Assembly (NCBI GenBank): GCA_964016885.1
Contig: OZ024743.1
Coordinates: forward strand, 200,942,001 to 201,006,000
Length of the DNA: 64,000 nucleotides
Direction: 5' to 3'
Source: Eledone cirrhosa
Taxonomy: Eukaryota
The translations under genes were made by a program, and so were the position numbers. This document shows, piece after piece, positions 25,782 through 39,364 of the stretch. The first letter of the stretch is position 1; the number at the start of each line of letters is the position of its first letter. Below the pieces are notes generated by a model that ran no database searches, was not told where the DNA came from, and saw only the letters and a program-made list of their open reading frames with translations.

Positions 25782-26655
25782 ACAGTTTCATATGTATTTT
25801 ATTGATCTCTGTTTGTTAAACTTCGAAATTTAACAAATATAAATCACTAAAATAATTACATTAAATAATTTAATTCTAATTACAAACATGATGGTCATGG
25901 TTTGAATGTCTTTCATCAAATCAACTGAATCAAGGTTAACCTGGGGCTAATCAACAACAATATAGCTCCTAATAACTGAAATATATTGTTGCAATGTGTA
26001 CCAAACCCCTCCAGCCTTTGCTAGCAGGGAATATGGATGTTAAATGATGATGATGATAATGATAACAGAAATCATTCATAGAAATGTTGGACATCCTAGG
26101 ATCAGTAGTTGCTGAGATAACAGAGCAATCCCATAACTCTTTTGACTTCACATTGCCTGAAACTACCACCAGTTCTATAGTACAAAGTTGTTTATTTTGA
26201 ATTATTTATATTTAACTAAAAACTTTCCCTTTCCATCATAATTTTATGTAAGAACCTTTGTTTATGTTATGCTCCAAACAACAGCTTAATGATGAGAAAA
26301 TTAGTTATTTTACTAAATCCCTGCAGAATATGGTAATGAAAGGGTCAATTGATTTACCAAGCAAACAAACAGGATTATAACAGAAGCCTATAATTTGTTG
26401 GTGATTGAGTATGTTAGATGAGGGAGAGGTGGAGGTGGTGGGTAGAGGCAGGAGGAAGGAATCTTAAAGAAGTGGTGCAGAATTAATGAATTAAGTAGAT
26501 TATTATGATTAAAACAACAAATAATCAAGGGATATCTTTTGATGATAATGATGGAATCGATAGCTCAACGAATTTGTGGATTCTGGAGAATATATGTATA
26601 TATGTATATATATACACACACACACACACACATATATCTCTCCCCCTCTCTCTCC

Positions 26656-26703
<48 letters not shown>

Positions 26704-26704
<1 letters not shown>

Positions 26705-26875
26705 ACAAAGGAAGTGTGGTAAGGAACCAGATGGAACATAACGTGCCAGAGTACTCAATACTTAGGGTAGTAGAGTGGGTAATAGGAAAATGGTCAAGAC
26801 CTCGACGGCTATTTCTGGACTCAGAAATAGCTGTCGAAACGGCTTGAGCTCTGCCGGCAGGGTCTTGACCATTTT

Positions 26876-26880
<5 letters not shown>
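26704..26880 (-). mobile_element. Short fold-back element with 3' half of a hammerhead (GAAACGGC...GCCG)
   Basis: Arms ataggaaaatggtcaagacc / ggtcttgaccattttcctat. Inner hairpin gacggctatttctg/cagaaatagctgtc. Tail agtactcaatac. (TA)n flanks. Confidence 0.7.
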
Positions 26881-26938
<58 letters not shown>

Positions 26939-27458
26939 CTGTCTGTGTGTATGTGTGTATGTGTGCATGTGTGCATGTGTGTATGTGTGTTTATATGTGT
27001 GTATTAGTGCATGTGTGCATGTGTGTATGTGTGTGTGTATGTATGTGTGTGTGCGTGTGTGTGTGCTACCTAAAAGTACTCATTAGTCTTCAAATGACAT
27101 GTAATAAGTAGAAGAGTGTAAGAGTATATAGCTGAGTTGTCAACAGTTCCCTGGTTCACCTGTAAGTCATCAAGGAACCATGCCCAAGGTAAATAAATAC
27201 CTTTGCCATCTCCTTTGTAAAATGTCTTGTTGACAATGGCTTATGTTTTCAGGGGAGGTAATTTAAGTGTGAAATCTTACTGACACTTTATTGTTCCAAT
27301 TATTCACAATGGCTTAATGCCACACAAAGTGTCTGTCTGTCTGTCTGTATGTATGTCTGTCTGTCTGTGTGTATGTGTGTATGTATATATGTGTGTGTGT
27401 ATATATATATATGTATGTGTTTGTATGTATGTGGATGTATGTTTGTATGCGTGTATGT

Positions 27459-27496
<38 letters not shown>

Positions 27497-27994
27497 ATAT
27501 ATATATCTATGTATGTATGTATCTATGTATTTATATATGTAAGTATGTACCTGTGTATGTATGTATGTATGTATGTATGTGTATATATGTAAGTATTCAT
27601 GTATGTATATGTGCATATATGTATGTAAGTATGTATATATAAATATATATATATATATATATGTATGTATGTGTATGTATGTATGTGGATGTATGTTTCT
27701 ATGCATGTATGTATATATGTATGTATGTACCTATGTATATATATATATGTACATATGTATGTATGTATATATGGATATATATGTAAGTATTCATGTATAT
27801 ATATATGCATATATATATGTAAGTATGTATATATATATATATATATATATGTGTGTATAGGTATGTGTGTATGTGTGTAAAGAGGTGGAAATAAAAGAAT
27901 AAAGCCAGTGATTAAAGGTGGGATTGGTATAAATTTATCAACTTGACACTCACTATTCCTTGGCCTTTTATATTCCATGGATTAGAGAGCAACA

Positions 27995-28890
27995 ATAAGT
28001 GACCACCTACACACCACCACACCACAGACATCATCATCCTCGCCACCACCACCACCACCACCATCACCACAAATACTACTGCCACCAATACAGCCCCTAC
28101 CAGAACCACCACTACCACCAACACCACCACCACAAGCACCACCACAAACACCACCACAAACATCATCATCCTCACCACCACCACCACCACCACAAACATC
28201 ATCCTCGCCACCACCACCACCACCATCACCACAAATACCACTGCCACCAATACAGCCCTTACCAGAACCACCAACACCACCATCACAAGCACCACCACAA
28301 ACACCACCACCACCACCACAAATACCACTGCCACCAATACAGCCCCTACCAGAACCACCACTACCACCAACACCACCACCAGAAACACCACCACAAAGGC
28401 CACCCCAAATACTGCTGCCACCAATACAGCTCCTTCCAGAACCCCCACCAACATCACCACCACCAGTGACACATACACTACAACTATCCACCTGCCCCCC
28501 ATCAACAACAACTACAAGAAGAACAGCAACAATCACCATCATCACTCTTGTCCTACCCCACAACTACCACCACTAATACCCCCACCTCCACCGACAGAAC
28601 TCCCACAACTCCACCACCACCACCACCACCACCACTGCCACCACCACCCATACCATCACAACCACCACCACCATCATCTACAGTACCTCCACCACCACCA
28701 ACACCTCCACCACCACCAACATCACCCCACTACCACCACCACCAAAATCCCACCACCACCAAAACTGCCGCCAACATCCCCCCCACTACCACGACCAACA
28801 CCTCCACCACCACCAACATCCCTGCCACTACCACCACCAACACCACCACTACCACCACCACCATCAACATCTCCCACTACCACCACTATA
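27995..28890. repeat. (CAC)n-based minisatellite
   Basis: Recurrent aaataccactgccaccaatacagccc...accagaacc units. Confidence 0.85.
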
Positions 28891-28974
28891 TGTTAACTCC
28901 TTTTTATCTCTACTTTTGTTATAAAGTCGGTTGTATTGTTTAAAATATTTACCTTGTTAAATGTTTGATGATAA

Positions 28975-29385
28975 GAACTGGCTTGACCTCGTCTAGCCTC
29001 AACTAGCCTTGACTTGTTTTGTTTGGTGTAGCCTAGCTTGAACTGGTCTGGACTAATCTGGACTGGTCAAGTATTGGCTAGTCTAGTCTGGCTTGAACTG
29101 GCCTAGACTAACCTGGACTGGTCAAGTCTTGGCTGGTCTAGCCTAGCTTGAACTGGCCTAGACTAACCTGGACTGGTCAAGTATTGGCTAGTCTAGTCTG
29201 GCTGGAACTGGCCTAGACTAACCTGGACTGGTCAAACTGGTCAAGTATTGGCTAGTCTAGTCTGACTGGAACTGGCCTAGACTAACCTTGACTGGTCAAG
29301 TCTTGGCTGGTCTTGCCTGGCTTGAACTGGCCTAGACTAATGTGGACTGACCAAGTCTCGGCTGGTCTGGTTTGATCTGGCTATG
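28975..29385. repeat. ~55-bp CTAG/CTGG-rich minisatellite built from 5-bp subunits
   Basis: Repeating gaactggcctagactaacctggactggtcaagt(a/c)ttggct(a/g)gtctag. Confidence 0.85.
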
Positions 29386-29599
29386 ATAAAATGCACAGAG
29401 TCCTCTCTATAAAGTGGTAGTATTGGTGACACAGTAAAATGCACATAGTTTGTAGTGTCAATTGTTTGTAATTAAAAAGAGCATCCAGCTATAGTAACCA
29501 TGCTAAACTGGAACATATGAACATGATCTGCTCATCAGACATGTCTAGTCTCACAACGTGATAACCTACTCAACCCATAAAAGCACAAAAAAGTAACGC

Positions 29600-29673
29600 C
29601 GATGAAGATGATAATGATGAAACTGATAATGATGATGATGATAATGATGATGATGACACTGATGATGACGACA

Positions 29674-29709
<36 letters not shown>

Positions 29710-29865
29710 GTGTTGATGACGATGATGATGATGACACTGATGATGACAACAATGACGATGATGATGATAATGATGGCACTGATAACAATGATGATGATGG
29801 TGATGACGCTGATAACGAGGACAATGATGATGATGATGACACTGATGTCGACAATGATGATGATC
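29600..29865. repeat. (GAT)n microsatellite
   Basis: Direct reading. Confidence 0.9.
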
Positions 29866-30160
29866 TTGTTTCTTTTCTTCACTTCCAAATTTAAGTTTTC
29901 CAAGTTTATTTTTCGGTGGCCACTTGCTCAGGGGCAAGCCTGCATATTTTTCCTTATTCTGTCCTAGATATAATTTAATGTAGTGTATTGTAAAGCCACA
30001 GCCTTTCTATTAGAATCCAAGTTCAGCTATATGTTGATCTAAATTGATTGATGGATGGATAGGTGGATAGATGGATAGACAGATAGCTAGATAGGCAGAT
30101 ACATGGATAGATAGTTAGATGGATATATATATATATATATAGAGAGATAGATAGATAGAT

Positions 30161-31112
30161 ATCTTTCTTTATTTGCCACAGGGGTGTACAAAATGGGACA
30201 TTACAAGACGTGATGGCAGGGGTTTTACTTAAAAATCATATAACTTTATCATTAATAAATAACAATAAACTATATATAATAAAATAACAATTGAAATCCC
30301 TTATAGGGGGAACATTACTGCAGGGTTGTTTTACACTCAGTGGATAGAACAATGCTCAACACCAGGAACACATTTGTAGGTGTTCCTGTCTTCCCTCTGT
30401 TTATCTTCCTCAACCTACAGGTTGGCCCATTCACTCCAGCCATTTTCCTCAACCTACAGAGAAGGCCCATTCACTCCAGCCATTTTCCTCAACCTACAGA
30501 GAAGGCCCATTCACTCCAGCCATTTTCCTCAACCTACAGAGAAGGCCCATTCACTCCAGCCATTTTCGCCACATTCACCCCCCCCGCCTTTCAGCGAATT
30601 TACTGGGGTGCAGCACCTCTCCCTCCACTCTCAGCTTCCTTCTGAAGTGGTACTTAAAGAAGGGGATAAGTTGTTGTCCAGAGAGAAAGGTGTTTGCCCT
30701 CAGTCCTTTTAACCTCGTCCACCATATTACCTCTTTCGCCATAGCCACCAGACAGAAGAAAACCGCCTCTCCTTTATTCTTAAATGAAGGCGGCGGGTTG
30801 ATCCTCACGATGGACTCGGCTGACAACTGGATGCGTCCCACATGATTCAGGAGCTGTTCAACATAATTCCACAGGTCGGTCACTCCTGGGCACTGAACAA
30901 TTGCGTGCAGAACGGTTTTGATGTCCTGCTCGCATCTTGGACAGGTCCTTTTGGCAGAATCTCTGCCAGGGCGTCCGTGCCTGTAGATTTTGTCTCGAAC
31001 TGGTAGAGCTCCTCGGTAGCATTGCCAGGCCAGAGACCTCTGGAAGTTATCAATAGGCCCTGGACGGAAAGTCCTCCCGAACAGACTGGTCAGTTCGTCC
31101 TCCTCGATGCCT
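30161..31112 (-). mobile_element. Tx1-like copy E, 5'-truncated, with internal 40-bp tandem amplification
   Basis: Translation EAVFFCLVAMAKEVIWWTRLKGL matches the copy C C-terminus. Same 3' terminus, and GATA tracts at both junctions. Confidence 0.88.
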
Positions 31113-31613
31113 TAGATAGATAGATAGTGATTTGATAGACAAACAGACAGACAGACATGCAGATAGATAGATAAATAGACAGACAGACAAAAGGATAAAT
31201 AGGATAGATAGATAGATAAATAGATAGATGCAAGGAGCTAATGTAATATGAATATGAAATATAATAATGTGATCAAAGAGGAAACAAAAGCATAAAAAAA
31301 TAATAATAACAACAACAATATAAAAAAAAAAAATCCTTTATCTTCCCATTACTCTTCTCCCACAATTCACAGCATCTTAACACCTCCACCTCCATATACA
31401 CGTACCACCACCATACCATCTATCCCCACCCCTCAACCATCTTCATCCAGATGCTATAGACTGATTAAAAAGAAAATGGAATTTACCAGGTAGAATGATT
31501 CAATTGTTTTTTAAGTGTGACTAACTGATATCATAGTTGGTGCAGTGGTTTAGGTAGAAATGTGGAACACTTCTTGTTTGTTAAATATATATATGTGTGT
31601 ATATATATATGTA

Positions 31614-32270
<657 letters not shown>

Positions 32271-32352
32271 ATATATATACATATATATATATATAAACGG
32301 AAAAAATGAAACAAAATTTCATTTCTCACAGTATGGCTGTTACTTAAATATA

Positions 32353-33005
32353 AGTATGTATACGTACATACATATATGTATACAGACATACAGTAGTATG
32401 TATATATATACATACATGCACACATATATATATGTACGTATGGATTTACCAAGCATTTATTATAATGCTCGGTGTGTTTGTAAACAAACATCCTGAATTA
32501 AGCCGTACAGTGTTTAGCAACCATCGTTGCCCTTTTGTTCAACACTGACAAAGGAATGATGTACTAGTTTCAAGTTTATTAGCTATCGTCAGCACCGTAT
32601 ACCTTCCTGCCAGATGATTTCATTTTTTCCATTTATCGTTTTCGGTGCGTCCGGCCGATTAATTCACTTGATATGCAAATTAGGCTGCTCAGCCGTTAAT
32701 ATGCATCAGGAAAGTATATACTTTCAGATGTTCAATCATCTGGCAGGAAGGTATACGGTGCTGATGATAGCTAATAAGCTTGAAACTAGTACATCGTTCC
32801 TTTGTCAGTGTTGAACAAAAGGGCAACGATGGTTGCTAAACACTGTACGGCTTAATTCGGGATGTTTGTTTACAAACACACCGAGCATTATAATAAATGC
32901 TTGGTAAATCCATACGTACATATATATATGTGTGCATGTATGTATATATATACATACTACTGCACGTCTGTATACATATATCTATGTACGTATACATACT
33001 TATAT
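32353..33005. mobile_element. Fold-back pLTR-like element: ~265-bp arms around a ~115-bp spacer
   Basis: 32353-32618 is the reverse complement of 32734-33005 with a few transitions. Confidence 0.85.
32756..32796 (+). ncRNA. Minimal type I hammerhead ribozyme (mirror copy on the minus strand at 32557-32597)
   Basis: cggtg-CTGATGA-t-agct-aata-agct-t-GAAA-CTAG-TA-catcg: complete core, 5-bp stem I, 4-bp stem II, palindromic stem III, GUA triplet. Confidence 0.85.
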
Positions 33006-33021
33006 CTATATATATATATAT

Positions 33022-33139
33022 AACGAAGGAAATGTGGTAAGGAACCAGGAGGACCATAACGCACCAAAGTACTCAATACTTAGGGTAGTAGAGTGGGTAA
33101 TGGGAACAAGTAAGACCCCTGGGGTCTTACTTGTTTCTA
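33022..33139 (-). mobile_element. Short fold-back element (family of 26704-26880)
   Basis: Same tail; hairpin aacaagtaagacccc-t-ggggtcttacttgtt. Confidence 0.7.
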
Positions 33140-33180
33140 TATATATATACATATATATATACATATATATATATACATAT

Positions 33181-33400
33181 GAAGGCGTGTGGCTGAGTGG
33201 TTAGAGAATTGGATTCACAATCATAAGGTTGTGAGTTCGATTCCTGGACCAGGCGATGCGTTATGTCCTTGGGCAAGACACTTTATTTCACGTTGCTCCT
33301 TCTACCTGGAGTTGCGACCGATAGATAGTATTAGCAATTGGAAAGACCAACGGAAACATTGTTCCCTCGGTCCGATTTGACGAAAGTCGATCGACTCCTC
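33181..33400 (+). mobile_element. tRNA-derived CORE-like SINE, tail type 3 (copies at 43704-43905 + and ~47735-47945 -)
   Basis: A box tggctgagtgg, B box gagttcgattcc, ccttgggcaagacactt, tail gcgaccgatagatagtattagcaattggaaagaccaa. Confidence 0.8.
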
Positions 33401-33464
<64 letters not shown>

Positions 33465-33712
33465 CATCATCATCATCATCACCGTTTTACGTCCGTTCCT
33501 CCATGCTAGCATGGGTTAGACGGGTTGTTCTGTTGTGGGAAGTGTCTGGTCGGTTGACCTTGTCTTGCTCATATGGGAACTGATTCTGGCTCTATTTCTA
33601 CAGCTGGATGCCCTTCCTAACACCAACCTCATTTACAGTGAGTGGTGGGTGCTTCTTTTCCGTGGCACCTACACGTCCACTTTACAGTGTGGGCTGGGTG
33701 CTTTTTTGCCGT
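33465..33712 (-). mobile_element. RTE 3'-end fragment with (GAT)n tail; similar pieces at 18840-19020, 38810-38935, 38980-39230, 49225-49370, 51750-51805, 56472-56760
   Basis: catcatcaccgttttacgtccg...gctagcatgggttagacggg...cagctggatgcccttcctaacaccaacc. Confidence 0.75.
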
Positions 33713-33713
33713 G

Positions 33714-33745
<32 letters not shown>

Positions 33746-33756
33746 TATATACATAC

Positions 33757-33993
33757 AGGAGACTGTGGTTAGCTGGACATGCTCACCGACATCCAGAGTT
33801 GACACTGCACTCAGTGCTGCTGTGGGAGCCCCTGCATGGACACACTGGAAGAGGAAGACCGAAGTTTACATATGTTGATGCCCTAAGGACAGACACTGGT
33901 CTGTTGGAGACACAGGACATGGCATTGATAATGAGGGACAGAGACCGTTGGAGAGAACTTGTCCATGGATCTCGGGAATTTTACTCGCCCTAG
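33757..33993 (+). pseudogene. RTE-clade LINE ORF C-terminal fragment
   Basis: RRLWLAGHAHR...LLWEP.HG...GRP..TYVD.L..DTG...M.DRD.WR, typical of the RTE C-terminus. Flanked by (TA)n. Confidence 0.75.
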
Positions 33994-34790
33994 ATATATA
34001 TATATATACACATACATATATATATAATAATAAATGTGAAGAATAAAATCTGAAGAGGGCTCTATAAGGATTATATATATATATATATGATATATATATA
34101 TATAAAACCCTAGAGCAAATTCAGAAAATAATTGTAACAGCAGTAGATCACTACAAATAAAAGCTTAGACAAAAATGAAGCACAGAGGGCAAGAGTCATC
34201 AAAAAGGTTACAGGTTGTGATGAAAGGACTTTGACAATTAATTAATTAGTTGATTACTCAATTGATTATTGGATTAATCATGAGATTAATAATAAAACTG
34301 AAGTTATGCACAACCCATGAATGTGTTTTAATTGAAAGCATGACCCTCCCAAAATTCAGCAATATCTGTTTCAACACAATTTCAAATCAAGAATTTTGCA
34401 AAATTGAAGTGTTAAAAAAATCAATTTGTTATAGCATGTGGGATGGGATGGGGTGGGTATGACCTATGACCTCTGTTGATCTCTTCCAGATTGACAAGGC
34501 TAATAGATTTCGTTTTTCGTTTGAATTTTGTATATAGGTCATAGGGATGGAATTCCAGAGGGGGGGGGGGGGGGGGGGGGGGCGTCTGCTCTGATGAGGA
34601 AAAATTGGAATAATGATTAAGAATAAGATGTGGTAAGCAGGGTGAGATGAGAAAAGGAGTGGCAGCTGCCTTGGGACAAAATTTAGTACTTAGTACATAG
34701 GCTGCTAGGTTTGAGAAGCAGAGACTGTTGTAGTAGCAATGAAGGAGCTTCAGGGATTAAAAACATGTTACAAGACTTACAATTATGTAA

Positions 34791-35336
34791 TAAATATAGT
34801 TGACATATGATATATCTTGCATAAAGAATTATATTATAATCTTCACACTGGTGTCATAAATATAGTTGACATATGATATATCTTGCATAAAGAATTATAT
34901 TATAATCTTCACACTGGTGTCATAAATATAGTTGACATATGATATATCTTGCATAAAGAATTATATTATAATCTTCACACTGGTGTCATAAATATAGTTG
35001 ACATATGATATATCTTGAATAAAGAATTATATTATAATCTTCACACTGATGTCATAAATATAGTTGACATATGATATATCTTGAATAAAGAATTATATTA
35101 TAATCTTCACACTGATGTCATAAATATAGTTGACATATGATATATCTTGAATAAAGAATTATATTATAATCTTCACACTGATGTCATAAATATAGTTGAC
35201 ATATGATATATCTTGAATAAAGAATTATATTATAATCTTCACACTGATGTCATAAATATAGTTGACATATGATATATCTTGAATAAAGAATTATATTATA
35301 ATCTTCACACTGATGTCATAAATATAGTTGACATAT
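34791..35336. repeat. 66-bp tandem repeat, about 8.3 near-identical copies
   Basis: Unit taaatatagttgacatatgatatatcttg(c/a)ataaagaattatattataatcttcacactg(g/a)tgtca, starting at 34791, 34857, 34923 and onward. Confidence 0.95.
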
Positions 35337-36599
35337 CTAGAATCAAAGAATAGATATATTAGATTAAATACAGCGTTGTTTGATCAATTGACACTTGGCT
35401 TTTCCATGAATGTAGTCATTCAATCAATGAATATATTCTAAATAAACCTTATTTAACATATTTAAACAAAGATTGTTATCTTCACACTTATGTCATAAAT
35501 ATGATAAACATATGATATATCTCATATAAAGATCATCATCATTATTTAACATCAATTTTTCCCCGCTAACAAGAATTATATAATAAACTTCATCCTCATG
35601 TTATAAATATAGAAAGATATTTAATATGTATGAAACATTATTGAAATGTTATAAACATCAGACTTGTGAAATAAATATGGTGGACATATGATGCCTATCA
35701 AACATTATTGAAATATTAATGGACCAGAGGAATCAATATTGCTGGTAATAGCATTGAACATATCTAATTTTTTGGAGGCCAGGATTGGCATGCCATGTAT
35801 TCTAGATGAAAATTTCACATCTAAAATGTGAAATTTTCATTTTGATAAATTAATGGAAATATTATTCTCTCACAGTTTGCATTACTTCTAAATTTCTTCC
35901 CATTATGAATAGTTATTCAGCAATTTTTTTTTATCCAAGCACCATGAGGAAGCTTTTCAAACTTTAATAATTGTGTATTTTTAAATGGGATTAAGTCTGA
36001 AGCAACAAGTTATTGTGAACTGTTTATGAAATAAAATGTCTTGCTCAAGGAGAAAATGTGCCACTGGGAATCAAACTCATAACCTTACAATCATGAACTG
36101 AACACTTTAACCATTATGCTACACACTTCCACACTACGTTTACATACACACACACAGCCTCACACTCACACATTCACAATCACACACACACATATGCAAT
36201 TACAAACTAGACACAATCACATATAGCTTCGCACTATGCTTACATACACATACGCATACACAATCGCATACACCTTCACTGCACTTACATATACACAATG
36301 AAACAGACACACAAACACATCTGTATATATATATATACACACACATCTATCCTAATTACAATATCATCAGTAACAGATTTACCCAGCCCTATCCCAGCTC
36401 CTATCCCAGCTCCTATCCCAGCCCCTATCCCAGCCCCTGTCCCAGCCCTGCCCCTCTCTAGTCTGCACCCTAAAAGATCAATATGCAATAATTCTGAGAT
36501 AGTTGTCACCAAACATGGAGAAAGAATTTCATTTCATGTGAGAGTGATAGATAGACTGTTGCATGGATTGAGAAAGAGAGGAAAGAGAAAGAGTAAGAG

Positions 36600-37242
36600 G
36601 CATACATACACAGACACATGCATACACACAGACACACACACAGACACAGACACACACATAGACTCACATATACACACACACATACACACGGACACACACA
36701 CACACCAACATACACACATACACACCAACATGCACACACACAGATACATAGATACAGACATATATACACACACACACACACATACACAAAAACACATACT
36801 CACATATACACACACACACACATATACACACGGACACACAGCCACACACACCAACATACACGCACACACACCAACATGCACACACACACATACAGACACA
36901 TACATACACAGACACACACACAGACACAAACACACAGACTCACTTATACACACACACATATACACAGACACACACACACACACACTGACACACACACTAA
37001 CATAAAGCCATACCCACACACACACATACACACACAAACACACACCCACCATACACACATTCACACAGACGCACACAAACATACACAAACAGACATACTC
37101 AAACACACAAATACACACACATATCCACATCCCCCCACACACATATGCCCCCCCCCCCACACACATACACACAAACACACATGCACACACACACACACCC
37201 ACACACACATATACACACAGACACATACACAAACACACACAA
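36600..37242. repeat. Degenerate (CA)n tract
   Basis: Direct reading. Confidence 0.9.
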
Positions 37243-37464
37243 AAGTATTCCCAAGAATTTCCTTTTACTATATTATTTATTTATTTAGTGATTTTATTGT
37301 TTTGGGGCAGGGCTGGAGATCAGAGAGGGATTGATGTTGGGTGGGGGTTTTGTTTACCCCCACGCTCCAACCACCACACAACAGCCCCTGTACCCTATCT
37401 TCTTTATTTCTATGCCATTGTCATTGTTTGTCTTCTTATTGTTATAGCTATTTAGCTCTTATAG

Positions 37465-37525
<61 letters not shown>

Positions 37526-37530
37526 CACAC

Positions 37531-37696
<166 letters not shown>

Positions 37697-38227
37697 TGTT
37701 TGAAATCCATCATCTTAACACTGGAGTGTATGAGTATATGTATGCATGAGTTTGGGCATATGTATGTGTATAAATATGTGTTTGTGTATGTTTGTGTGTG
37801 TATGTGTTACTTGTGAGTCAGAGGTTTTGTATTATCTTGGAATTTCTTCCCTACCTCTTTCTCTTTCTCTCTTCCCCACCCCCTCCCTCGCAAACTCTCT
37901 TCTTTTCTTTCTTTCTTTCTTTCTTTCTTCTCTTTCTCCCACCCCATCTCGATATTTATTTGCTTGTTTATCTATCTTAATGAAGGAATGAAATAAAAAA
38001 AATGTTATATACATATGTGGTTATAATACCTAACAGGTTTAAATGACCAGCGTGTATATTGTTTTATATTTTAAGATGACCTTCCCTTACCCTCTTGGGG
38101 CAGCGTGTATTTTATCTTTGAGAGGACTGCTGGATTTTCGAATCTACCAGTCTCCTTTTAGCGCTGAAGGAGACCATCACTAATCTATTAATGTCGATGT
38201 AATTCTTATATCGATATTATTTGGGCA

Positions 38228-38351
38228 TCCACTGATGAGTTTATAAGTGTCCGCTTGTGTATAAAACTATGGATTATATACAAGTTTCTACATAACCTGG
38301 AATTTATTTATCCCAAATTGTAGAAATCTTATAACGAAACGGCCATCTGGA
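38228..38351 (+). ncRNA. Type I hammerhead-like motif with ~97-nt branched stem II
   Basis: tcca-CTGATGA-g(t)ttataag...cttataac-GAAA-cggcca-TC-tgga, with two internal hairpins. Confidence 0.7.
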
Positions 38352-38639
38352 AGGAAAGAGATATTTATTTAATAATGTCTCATATAAAATAATACAACCA
38401 GCTATCCACAAAATACTGATTAGTTAGCACCCCAAACACTAAATTGGGAAAATACTTAGGTATATCCCAATGTTTGTTGAGTGAGATGGAGTTGGTCGGA
38501 GTATCGCTTAAAGCTTTCTCTGTTAATGTATTAAATATATATATATATATATATATATAAACATATTATATATATGCATATAAATCATATATGTTACATG
38601 CATAAATGTGTGTGTATATATATATATGAAAAAAAACGC

Positions 38640-38810
38640 AAAAAAAACGCAAAAAAAACGAGGTGTCCTACACGAGTGAAAGTTTAAGGAAAAAAGATGA
38701 AATCGAAAATGCAACTGGAGTTTTTTTTTTATAAAAAAATATATTTATTTGGTTCCTTTACCGGTTTCGCAGTTCTGCTTTTCAAAAGTAGAATTGAGAT
38801 GGAGGGTTTT
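38640..38810 (-). mobile_element. pLTR-like remnant with 3' half of a hammerhead (GAAACCGGTA)
   Basis: Homologous to 14742-15038. Minus strand reads gcagaactgc-GAAA-CCGG-TA-aaggaacc. Confidence 0.55.
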
Positions 38811-38945
38811 TAGTTTTTCTTACATCTGTAATGGGGTCATGTAGGTAACACGGTAAAAAGTTCCCAGTTCCACACTGTAAATGTGGTTGGTGTTAGGAAG
38901 GGCATCCAGCCGTAGAAACCCTGCTAGATAGTCCTATATATGTAG

Positions 38946-38980
<35 letters not shown>

Positions 38981-39364
38981 CATCATCATCATCATCATTG
39001 TTTAACGTCCATCTTCTACGCTAGCATGGGTTAGACAAGAGTTGCCCCACTTGAAGCAGGGCTGGTCGGGTGACCGTGTCTCACTCATATAAGACTATCT
39101 GGCAGGTTTTCTATGGCTGGATCCCCTTCCTAACACAAACCACATTTACAGTGTGGAACTGGGAATTTTTACCGAGTTACCTACATGACCACATTACAGC
39201 GTGGACTGTGTGTCTTTTTGTCGTGACACCTACACACATATATAATGTATATATATATGTATATATATATATAATGTATATGTATGTATTTATATATATA
39301 TATATATATATATAATGTATATGTATATATATATAATGAATATATATATATAAATATATATAAT

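Noticed and set aside
33181-33255. tRNA gene
   Set aside because: A/B boxes continue into a SINE body found in several copies; no complete cloverleaf or terminator.
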